From contig OZ365111.1 in assembly GCA_977030845.1 (NCBI GenBank), forward strand, positions 14,012,001 through 14,076,000: a stretch of 64,000 nucleotides of DNA, in the 5' to 3' direction. Within the stretch, counting starts at the first letter, position 1, and each line of letters begins with the position of its first letter. The DNA comes from Fimbriosthenelais zetlandica. Lineage: Eukaryota. The translations under genes and the position numbers were made by a program. The notes under the pieces are model-generated. The model did not search any database. It was not told the origin of the DNA and was given only the letters and a program-made list of their open reading frames with translations. This document shows positions 8,401-19,899 of the stretch, piece after piece.

Positions 8401-11400
8401 TAAACAAATTTGTTTATACTCACTCATAATGTCCTGCCTTCCGTCAAACGATTACATTTTATCCCTCATATTACCGTGCACCGTTCCCAATCCTCCCCCA
8501 CATTTCCCTTGTTGAGTCGTTGTAAATAGGGTTTAGTTTTGACAAGCTTTTGCCTTGTGAACAAACACTATTTGCCTTATCTTAATACCATCAGCGTGAA
8601 GCTTTGCTGGCCTCACTTTTCACCAGTTCACCACGTGTTGGCCTTATCAGTGCCTGGTCGTGTTGTAACTTGCATGTTTCAACTAGATCCCCGCCCCCAT
8701 AATGGCTCTGTTAGCTCGTTTCCAGCTTTCCGGCTCTCTTGATGTCTTTGGTACTTTGCCATGGAAGCTAGAGAAGGCTGATCAAACAAAAAATATTTCA
8801 GTCACCTGCAATAAAAGACGCCTCCCTGTTTCTGAAAGCACTGTGCAAATGGGAAATTCATCTATCGAAATCCCAACTCCAATATCCATGGAAGATTTTC
8901 TACGTAATTAATATTTAAAATGTAACACTAACAGTAGTAGACATATCTCTCTGTCAGTCTAGAATCTGAATGGAATTGGTGGCGGTATGAAGACAATCCA
9001 CAAGGATTAGATATTTTAACATAGGCGCACGATCGACGGTTGCTATGACAATGTTATTTTATGCTTCCATCTTAGAGAGCTGAGAGAGTAGGCTGTCATT
9101 ATCTCAAATGCTCCTCATCATGGAATCAAACTTCTAAGTTCCTGTCTACTAAAAGCTCCACGATTGAACAAGAGCATGTCTCAATTACCTGAGCTCTTCA
9201 GTCGATATTATAGATCCTCCGCTGAAGAGTAACACTCTCTCTTTGGTCATACTATACTAGCCTAGGCCCATAGGCTAAGGCATTGTTTTGCAATGACCGA
9301 ATAATGTATTTTTACAATGCGTTTGACGAGCGCTACTACTATCACACAATTAGGACGAGCATGCCATGGAAAAGGTGATCAGGACCACTCGTACACACTA
9401 TTCCTACTATGCCCACACATTTTTATGTTGTGAAAAGAGCCAATGTGAGCCACTCGCTGAGTACAATACTCATTCGCCTCATCGCACAACCAAAGGCTAC
9501 AGCATTGTGCAATGACCCCGTTGTAAAATGACCTCCACACTACTATGTATGCTTCTTGATGCATGTCGGACGGATCCGAAAAACAATTCGTTCCAGTTTT
9601 ATGCACTAACAATTTTTTGACTGATTCCGGAAAGGGATTTTTGTTCTAGTAAGTAAGTTAGTATGTAAGTATGTGACTTATAACGCTGCATCCATATTTG
9701 TTCTGTGGCGCTTTACAACTTCATTTGGGCCTCGATCGAGATTGGGCCTATACACTCCAACTATATAAAAATTAGTATGCCTTTCTCACCTACCTGCGGG
9801 GAGGACACACTTCTATTGTTCCAGTCTTGCAAAGATATTTCTGTTCCAGGAAAGACAGAATAGTCAATTCTCTTCAGCCTTGGAACATTAATTTCCTGTT
9901 CATACAGTCATATTATATTTATTGCTATTTCCCCACTGTATCCATATATGAATGATTGACATTTCTATTCCTTTAATCAATTTATTCCCTTTCAGTGGTT
10001 CTACCTTCCACTAACATGACTTCAATTGCATGCTTGGCCTATAGTATCAAGCCATCCTTATAAATGATTGGCCTGGCCAATTCCTTCCTCTCCCGGTGTT
10101 CTTTTTCATGTGGCGTCCAGGCATAAAAGCTCGGATATATCACTGAGCTTTGCTGAATAATTCATTGTAACCTCACTGGATTCACGGCGGTCAATCCTAG
10201 ACCACAGCTCCTGCCCACCCAGATAGAAACAAGAGTATTATTCTATGCAACTTTCATGTCCTTTACAAGAAAGTATCCATATCACTCTCCAAAAATAAAA
10301 AAATCATCAAGATGCCTTTGTAATTCTGGTAGATTTTCCCAATGGCTTCAGTTCGACCATCCCCCCGCAGCTGAAGAAATTGCCTATTAGTCGGTAGACG
10401 TCTCGTGTCCTTGTTTCCATTTTCTCCATGCCTTTTCTAACGATCTTCTTTATATCCACCAGTCATTGTTGGTAATCTGACGGACTTCATTTTCTGGAAG
10501 GAAACAATGAAATGCTGGGGTTTCTGATTCATATCATGGTTTGGCGAGCCAGACGGCCTCATTTGCCTATTGTGGATGGCAGCGATGTATTTCCCTTCAG
10601 ACGTCTCGTGTTTTCATTTATTCTCATTTCCTTCTGAGAAAGAGTGGGAAATTGCTTGACCCTGAGCTGGTGCTTCTCATTCAGCAAGCCAGCCAGTGCC
10701 TTGCATAGATCTTTGCTGTCTTTAAACAGGACGTAGTAGATATTGAACTCATATCCTGTTTTGTCTTTTTATATTTCCATCAGTCTCTTAGTGGCTTCGT
10801 CAGATGCCTAGGACCTCTATAGCGGAGATGAGAGTGAAAAACCGTCTTAATAAAAGATACAGAAAAATTTAAAATCACAGTATATTTAATACCTTTAGTC
10901 ATGCTTTAATTCCATGATTTTTCTTGATAACATCTGTGATCGTGTATTTATTTCTTCAACTCCAATTTAGCCTTCCCATTGGGCCATTCCATCTCTGATG
11001 TAAGTTTGTTAGTTGGAGGTAAAATAATTAATAGCCCCTAATGGGCAATCTAAGATCAATGGAGGTATATACTGTATATAGATGTACCATTGGATATTGC
11101 TACTTCCAACTCCCGGGGATGCTGACATAGTCTACCACTTTAGTCTGCTCTATACTGGATGTCGATGGAATTCGACCCTCGGACGAAGCTACCGCCATCG
11201 AGTATTGCCGTCTTAATGTGAAAGCTATGTTCCCTCCAGATGACTAATCTTCCACACATTTTTTTCTCATCCTTTACAGTGACATTCTCCATCTATATAT
11301 ATATATTCACACTTGCTTTGGAGCTTTTTATTAAACTCCAGAGCAAAGTACTTTAATATATTATATTAACTCTTATATGACTCTGTTTCTGTAATATCTA

Positions 11401-11941
11401 ATCTCAGTATGAATAATAAGGTCTTGCTTCTTTTGTTTTTGAAATGTCCCTGCAGACAAAATCTAGTACCTGGGACCACCTTTATTGAACCTTGCACTTT
11501 AACTTTAAGGCATTTAACTGGTAATTCAATCACTTTCTTTGAATGCCATTTGAGCACATGCTCTGGCATCTAAACGTCGTTTTTAACAGCTGCCGGGTTT
11601 TCTGAGACTACTTCAATAATTGTCCAGTCCCCTGATTTAAATCCGATCCAGGGTATCACATTTCTGCCACCAAGAAACACTGTTGTCAGATTTCCATTTT
11701 CAACCGAGATGAAAGAGAGCTCCACTAGGACCTGTAATCCTGTTGAAACCTTCAAGTTTCTCCCATGATTGCCAACTGACGTGACTGTAACAATATCGTT
11801 TGTGATTGCCGGTTGATATGCTTGATTAAATGGTGGTCCTGCTCGCACTTTAATGAGATCCATTTCATGTCACTCTGCCATGCATGCTTGTCGCCCTTGC
11901 TTGCTTTGTTCCTGTGCTGAATAGTGCTTTCTGATATTTTA

Positions 11942-11966
11942 GTGTGTGTGTGTGTGTGTGTGTGTG
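11942..11966. repeat. (GT)n microsatellite
   Basis: About 12 perfect GT units. Confidence 0.95.
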
Positions 11967-13489
11967 CTTGGAATTCCATGGTCTTGGGGAAGTTATCTGG
12001 CAAATGTGCATGCCTTGCTTTGTACACTTTTGTTCATACCATAAGCTTATGGTTTATTGGAAATGAGGTTATATTTGTTTGACAAGTGGGATGGAATCGT
12101 TCCAATCCATTTCAATAGCATTACAACCGATAAAAGAAAACAGCAGTTGATGAGAGTCTTGATCACATATATATTCTGCTTTATATATACAGTGATTGCC
12201 ATCTTATTTAGGCCTAGACTTATTCTTCTCTGAAACTCCTTTAAAATTACAATCAGAGCCATGCTTAACGTTTGCATTTACTCTGTCAAACATTCGACGA
12301 TCGCTCGCCAGACTTTCCAACTGTGCTCTTTGCACAACACCAAATGTCAACTGAGCGAGTAACAAGCCTTCAATATCACTCCTTCATTAGCTCATCCCCC
12401 AATAAATTACAACGGATGGAGTCCCATTAAGCAAAAGCCAGTCGGATGCAATTGCCTTTCAACATCTATAAAGAAGTCAGCACATAGCTGAAGAGGTCCT
12501 CTCATCGGTTGAATTGGACTGGAAATCCTCTCTAGATTGCCTTGTATATGGCATCGTAGCATTCTGCTTTATGATCAGATCTTAGTTGAGACTTTTGAAG
12601 GCATATCCATCGCTCATTTTGCAGAGCTCTTCTGTTTTCGGACCCAGACACTGAGTCAAACCTCATTTCGGTGGCTTGTTCGAGGCATTGAACAAAAATT
12701 TAACTCAAGATCTATTGATTGAACTCATACATATTAGACATTATATGCCGAACATTGCCAACATCAAGAAACAAGCCTTCCAGCTATAGCAACTCTAGAT
12801 TGCATGATCAGCCTATTACTGTAATGGTTTTGGTGTGCTTTTTTGGCCAACATGCCTTTTCAGTGTGCTTTTTTGTATTGAATTTCATAATTGCATATAT
12901 AGGATTTATCAATTGTTTCTGAGGATGATGGTTGATAATTCACATACTAATCTCTATTAGCATCCCTTATTATAGAACAATTGCTGGCACATAAATCCTT
13001 TAAGTTCAAACTCCCTGCACCTGCAAATTACCTGATTGAATGTTCATTGGTCTTTATTTATTCTGTCGGTTTCGGTTTGTTTCGGTATGCTTTCTTTCAT
13101 TCTTTCATTGCTTTTTGCACGCACAGGATTTATTATATGATGTTTTTGAGGTTGATGGTAATTTAAAAACCATCTAGCATCCCTCATGATACGTCATAGC
13201 GTCTTGCTTAGCCTATTGGCACCTGTCCTTTCATTTTAAACTCCCTGCAGATTGCACAGTGACAACCCGTTCATGACCTGACCTGGTAGACAGTATAGAA
13301 TTTACCTTCGCCAATACTGAATACCTTCCTTCCTTTTTCAGGGAAAATGTTCAAGGTTAAGGTTGAACGACAAGGACTGGCTCACTCTCTCAGTGAGATG
13401 GTCACGCGATGGATGAGTGAGAAATAAAAAAAGTTTTCTCTGGATTTTCTTCTTGCACCCACACCTGTTCACTCTTTTCTGAGATACTA

Positions 13490-13970
13490 ACGTCACTCCC
13501 TCTGGATTTGCTTGGAATATCACCCTTAGTGTCACTGGATTTATGTGGAGTATCACCCTCAGTATCACTGGATTTATGTGAGATATTGTCCTCAATTGTC
13601 CTGGATTTCTTTCTCAAATATCGCCCTCAATTATAACGAACTTCATAGGAAATATCTTCCTCGAATTCCCAGGAATTCAATTCTCTCAGATTTGACTCAC
13701 AGTTCACTGGATTTCTCTCATATTGGCACCATTTATATTACTGGATTTGCATGGAAACTCACCCTCAATATGACTGGATTAATATGAGATATAACACTCA
13801 CTAATGTTTGATTTAGTGCAGCGACACCCTCAATATCACTGGAGTTATGTGAAGTATCTTCAATATCACTGGACTTGTATATGGAATGTCATAGATATCT
13901 CTGGATTTATGCCTAATATCACCCTCGATATCTCAGGATCTATGTGAAATATCACCCTCGATATCTCTGG
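13490..13970. repeat. Degenerate 33-bp minisatellite
   Basis: Recurring unit tatcaccctcagtatcactggatttatgtggag and variants. The minus strand reads 11-aa repeats of the type SSDIEGDISHK. Confidence 0.85.
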
Positions 13971-16900
13971 AGCTGACTGCTTGCTTTCACGAAGAAAAGG
14001 ACCTCATAACCAACATCTACCTATTATGGTCTCTGAGTGATTTCGTATTCTTCAAGCTAAACTACTCTCTCGTATCAATGTAATCTCTAAATGGGTTCAC
14101 TAACATGTATGTAATAATGAAGGCAATGAATTTCCTTCTCTATCAGTGTCATTGTTTTAGTTGAAAATGATTGTTAGTCTCATATATTATACTATGATTT
14201 TGTATGGTTTCATTTATGTTCTAGTAGAAGACAGGATAATTCAACTTATCGATTGAGGTTCTAATCTGCAGTTCAATAGTTTCCAATCCAACTTGGAGAT
14301 GAAAACATTGATGGCATCTCGGTGAATATTTAAAGTGGGTTGTTCTGTCTATTTGTTTGTAGTGGTATCCTCCAAAGCTTTCCTATCTCTATATGTGTAT
14401 ATAAATGAACTGTTAATAATGGAAAAACTTATCATTAGTTGAAAATCTTGAGATTTCTCTAACGCAGTCCTGTGAGTGCTTCTGCAACAGTGCAATATTA
14501 ACAATTCCTTTTAGACAGAAAGGACCTATTTTATTTATCTGCTATTACTTAACTATGATCCTATCCATTTTGTGTTTACTTGTGTCTGTGTGTTACATAC
14601 TCTTGCTTTTGGGTGATATCCTTTCTTTAGTTATACCTATCCGTTCAGTGTGCGTATGTATGGTTTGGGTTGAGCACACCCCTGTCCAATTTGTGAGTTG
14701 CTAAAGGATCTAATACTGTATTTATATACTTCCTTTTTTTTAGTTAGAATTTTTATAGAGCCTGTTCAGCATTTGTTTAGGAAAATTGCTTAGGAAATTT
14801 CTGATGAGTTGTAGGTGTCTGCTTGCAAGAAACTGCCAATTTGAATCATTTTAACTATGTTTCCTAAAAATCTACAAGGATCTTATAGCCATTCATATTA
14901 TTCGAGTTTCCTGCAGCATTGTCTTCGAAACAGACATTGTGAAGAATATAAGGGTAAAACTGAGAAAAGTTGCCTATTGGAATTCTTTTTGTCGCTTTGG
15001 TATTTTCATTACTCATAGTCACCCTCATGGCCCTGAAGATCACTATTGCAAAAGTTACACTGCCTTAGAATAGTGTTTACTTGGGTTAGGAAATAAACCG
15101 TTTGTTGCCTTGATTTCATGATATCCAAAGTGCAGGGGTATAGTTAGTCCTGCTGTTCCATGCAGACTTGAGTAGTATACTTTGGTTTGGCTCTGGCAGG
15201 GTTTAATTCTAGCAATATTTACTTATGTGTGATATCTCACGTTTGACATAGGTATAGTATTAATTAACGTTAGGTACCATATTCTGGTATATATAGAATG
15301 CACCAAAACCTAATAGATCTTGTCGAAATACCACACACAAAATGGCAGTTGTGCCTTTGTTGAGAGTTATTGATTTATTAACTTAGAGCAACCATTATTA
15401 ATAATTATTGTTTTCGTACAATATCTAGATGTTAAGCACGTTCAAGTATTTTAGTCTTTGTTGGTAGGAGAATACCATAGGTTTTTTTTGGATTAATTTA
15501 TCCCTTTTTAACCAAAACCTTGATTACCTTACCTCAGACAATATCAATATACTCTGGGAAGATGTAATTTTAAATCAATCACCTGCTACAAGGGAATGAT
15601 CATGATGATCTACATTAGTTATAGATATTAAGTGCATCTGAAAACCACTGAAAATCATGTACTCGTACATCACACTGAGAATAAGTTACTCTATATGGGG
15701 ATTGTGAACTTTGTTGTAACCAATGTCAAGAAGTTTTACTACAACTACATTTTGCTATATCAAACAATTATAAGACTGGTTATATTCTGGTATAATAGTC
15801 ATCACTTTTATCTGTGCATTTAAACCTAGCTTGAAAACCGCTATTTATATTGGGTGCTCTTAGAGTTGGTTAAGACTAATTCTGTTATTCTAGTCATTTG
15901 ATATCAACCTTTGTAGTATTGTTTTATATTTAAAAAATTTTGATTTGCCAGTGGTCAATGGTAATGAGAAATTGTGATTCAGTACACAAGCAATTCAGTC
16001 ATACCCAATGCCTTATTATATACAGGGCCCTGTATTATATATACCAAAAATATACGTCGACTTTTGAGATAAAAAAAACCAACTCTATTGCAAGGGATCG
16101 ATTGCGTGAGTTTTTTTCTATACTAGTTTGAACTGAGTGCATGAATGCACACTGAATAGTATATGGCCTGTTTCACTTGAAGGCCCATCTCATTTGGTCA
16201 AAGTTTTACCAAGTCTTGAAGCTATGCCGTATTGTAATGAGATGATAATTTTCCCCTCTCCAACTTCACATGAGTTTTATAGCGGCATAAATGTTATAAA
16301 AGTAAATTATGTTGGTTACGTGTTAGTCGTGAAATTCTTAGATAAAATAGTGGAATCTTGGATAGAGTGGGACCTCCGTATGATATTACGTTCTTACTAC
16401 TCTGATATGAAGTCTGCACGGTGAAGATAATAGGTCTTGTCTGGATTGAGTAATTTAATATTTCTAATTTAAACTTTCGTCTGTGCTCTAGTGCTTCTAG
16501 TGTTTCATGCCCATGATGATTCTGATTGATAAGAACAACTTATTACAAGGTTTGAAACAATTTTTGAAATGCTACCACATTTTACCTGAGTTAATTGCCT
16601 CAATTACTAGTGGTGAGACCATATGGTATTTTCAACCTTCAGGATACTTATTTATTATCCTAGTCGACAAGGTATTAGAAATATTTTTCATCAGGTTAGT
16701 TTATTGGCTTTTGCAGGCTCAATGCTATCGTATGACGGAAATTGTCCTATATTGATATTATTGGACATCTCAACAGCTGTATTGGTATGATTAGCATTCA
16801 GATACTCATTTATTGCATTCATTTGTCGTTTTTTGGTTCATTGAGATTTTGATGGTTTTACCAATATAATTTGCTAAGCATAACAGATATGAACAAATAA

Positions 16901-17176
16901 GAATATTTTGTTTGAAAAAAGATGTAGCATAGCTGATTTTGACCAGTCCTTTTTGGCTAATAGATGTACGGATCGGAGAAACATTTTGGGATGATTTAAA
17001 TGTTTGCCTGAATTTCCCCTTGATGAAAATGGGCATAATATTACGGTGGTTCATTCAGGTGAATGATTCCTGTTGACATGTGTATGTAACCAATTAAGTG
17101 TCTATATATATGGGAAGAGTGTGATATTTATGCTTGAATAAAAGTAGCTTCAGACATTTTTTTAAATTTGTTTCTC

Positions 17177-17230
17177 CTCATATGATAAATTCATCTCATA
17201 TGATATATTCAACTCATATGATATATTCAA
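17177..17230. repeat. 18-bp tandem repeat, three copies
   Basis: ctcatatgata(a/t)attca(t/a) at 17177, 17195 and 17213. Confidence 0.9.
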
Positions 17231-17231
17231 C

Positions 17232-17403
17232 CCGGTGTCAGTATAATGTGACTGGGTGAGATATCATGTCATGTGCCTGCGACATGATACCTCAGTGAGG
17301 CAGCACTATAAAAGAGCATTGGGCTCACTGTCACAAGTAGGCACCGTCATGATATAACTGAAAAATTGTTCAAAAGTGACGTTAAACCCCATTCAATCAA
17401 TCA
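17232..17403 (+). mobile_element. 5'-truncated SINE with target-site duplication
   Basis: Body ccggtgtcagtataatgtgactgggtgag...gcagcactat...ataactgaaaaattgtt...gacgttaaacccc with a (TCAA)n tail. It resembles, from memory, mollusc/lophotrochozoan central-domain SINEs. Flanked by an 11-bp direct repeat ATATATTCAAC (17221-17231 and 17404-17414). Confidence 0.8.
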
Positions 17404-19899
17404 ATATATTCAACTGTGGTGAAAAATAATCATGTGATAATCTGCTGATCATTTCTATACATGTTTCATCATACTAAACCACCAAAGTCGATCGTTAGTA
17501 CGAGTCATGGACCCACCAGATTATTGCATCATGTATTCTGAGCTATTGCTGATATTCACACCAGGAATGTCACACACACTGATCACTTATCGTGATCGAG
17601 CGACTTGTACAAAAAGAATCATTGCTGCTGACATATCGATAAGCGCTGATATCGTGTTTCGTCCCTGTTGCAGCTGTTTAAGCTCCAGTCTCCGGGCTTC
17701 GTCACTCTTTGTGATCCCGCCGCGCATCGCTAAGGATTCGCAGTGCCATCGCAACCATGTCTGAAACATGTTTCATGTTAGCATTATAGAAAGCAAGGAA
17801 GGCGCCTGCAGTGGATCAATCCTATAACTATATTCAAAATATGCTTTAGTGGAGACCGACCCTAAGTTACATGAGTGTGTGAGAGATGGACGCATTTGAG
17901 GAGCAGTAGTGTTTTAGACGCCATCTAGTTGGTAGATAATAAATGAAGAGCGGAAGCAGGACTCTCAGACCTCATGGCCCGCAGTCTTGTTAACACTCCT
18001 CCTTACTCTCCTAACAGATGAATTAATCATCCTTCTATCAAGATCATCCAACTTGATAAGAATTGATTAAGCATCCAGTCTCCCTTTCTCTCACTCTCGG
18101 AAATCTTTCATCACTATCGGAAGCTCTAGAAAGCCTCATTTAGAACCATGATAAGGATTCAGTCGGGCGGAAAAAAACCATCAGAGCTCTCACGTTCTCA
18201 ATCATTTGACAGTATTATCAGTGACTGACAAATTTTGACTGAATAGTGGAAACTGCCTAGAGTTGCAGACTCTTAATGGGGGATCAGAAACACTTCAATC
18301 TTGATGTGAAGTCTGCAAACCAGATTTTCTGGGCAATCCTTTCCCATAGATGCCCTATTCAATACCTGCCAGCCGGGAACTCCTCTAATCCATATAAAGA
18401 ACTTTTCACAAAAATTATAATAATTCTTGAATATTGAGATTGCATGCAGTCATGCATGTTTCAGTCCATTAATAAAGCACTTTCCCATGTAATCTTTCTG
18501 TGACAAGGACTCTGGGATGGAACTCAATAGTACAGAAAACATCACCCTGGCATCGATCCGGGCCTGCTATTTGTCTCAGTGGACTTCTGCAGTACTGGAT
18601 ATGAATTGAATGATAAAAAACTCTAGATTAAGATTAATGATTGCTTTTAGATCTAGCGAGAGATTGCTAGACACATAGCATTCTATCATGTGTACTGATA
18701 AGTTTAAGGACTCTCGCTGATTAATCAGTATCAGCAAAAAAGGCAAGTATAAATGATCATTTCCGTCCTGGATAGACGTGTAATATACCACTAACGTAAT
18801 GTCTGGTGTCCTGTGGAATATTTATAGAATTTGTAAGTCTCCTCCATTTCTCAACCCTTCTCATACCCATGAATGTTGGTGCACATAATCTTCCAGATTG
18901 CTTCTTGGAAGAAATTTAAATTGAGAAACTCCAGCCTATATATGGTTGTGGAATGGCCGAATTGCGAGACGACCCCATTGGTAACAATGTTTTTGATAAA
19001 ATTTTGACCACTATTAATTCAGTACTTAGACGTATAGAACATTAGATGAATTGTGCCACAGTTTCCTTTTCTTTCTGCGACTCGAGACTACATCTGATGC
19101 ATGGGATACTGAATATGTAATAATCCCATTTATTCGCTGGTCTATGCTGAAGACGAATGGCTTATGAGCGCTCATTACTGCATGCAAATGGGATCCATTT
19201 GTACATTTAGAAAGACTAACCGATTTATCTTCCAAGGAATTGGTAAGGCACATGCATAGGCCTATAATTATATAATACTGCTTACAGTAACAATAGAGAG
19301 TATGTACAGTGGCGTATGTAAGCAACGTTGAACCTGTACGTATGACATCAAATTTAACAGAAACTATAGATCTTCTTTGTCACTCACTCGAATTTCATGA
19401 AACTCGGCTCATCTTCAATGTTGAAAATGTTTATGGCAAAAAAGAAAGGAAAATTCTGTAGATATCTCATTTCAATTCAGCCCTTTCAATCGGCCGTCGT
19501 CGATCTGAAATTTAAAAATCATCATTGAATCGATCTATATATTATAAAGAATTGTAATCTCTCCTTTGATTGTTTGAGAGTGACAAGATTAAGACAAGGA
19601 TTAAAGTCTTAATGACCTACTGATTTCAATTCATCACCTCATTAGGTGTAAGGGGCTGGTAACAAAGCTTATCATTTCCCTCTGATTTGCCTTTGTACAG
19701 GAGGGCTTGAGGCCGAAGTAGCGTGTTCTAGAACTGTTACTGTCCGAACAAGGTGTGAATATCATCCTTTACACCCAATTACCACCTCCAGTCTGTCAGG
19801 ATTGAGACATGAGAGAGGGCTTCTGTGAACAGAGCTGATAATGCTGGCAGCCTCCCGTGTCTTCTGGAAATCTATCATCTATTTTTTTTAGTTCTTCCA

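Larger units (their letters stand above)
6597..13970 (-). pseudogene. Probable decayed multi-exon gene, product unidentified
   Basis: ORFs 11863-11570 and 11569-11366 are contiguous in one frame, separated by a single TAG. The frame from 10807 runs about 83 codons with one TAA. Donors remain at 13325/13324 (gaag|gtattc), 9794/9793 (cag|gtaggt) and near 6597 (tag|gtatgt). The minus strand is purine-rich. Other segments have frameshifts and stop densities close to random, so the extent is uncertain. Confidence 0.45.
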
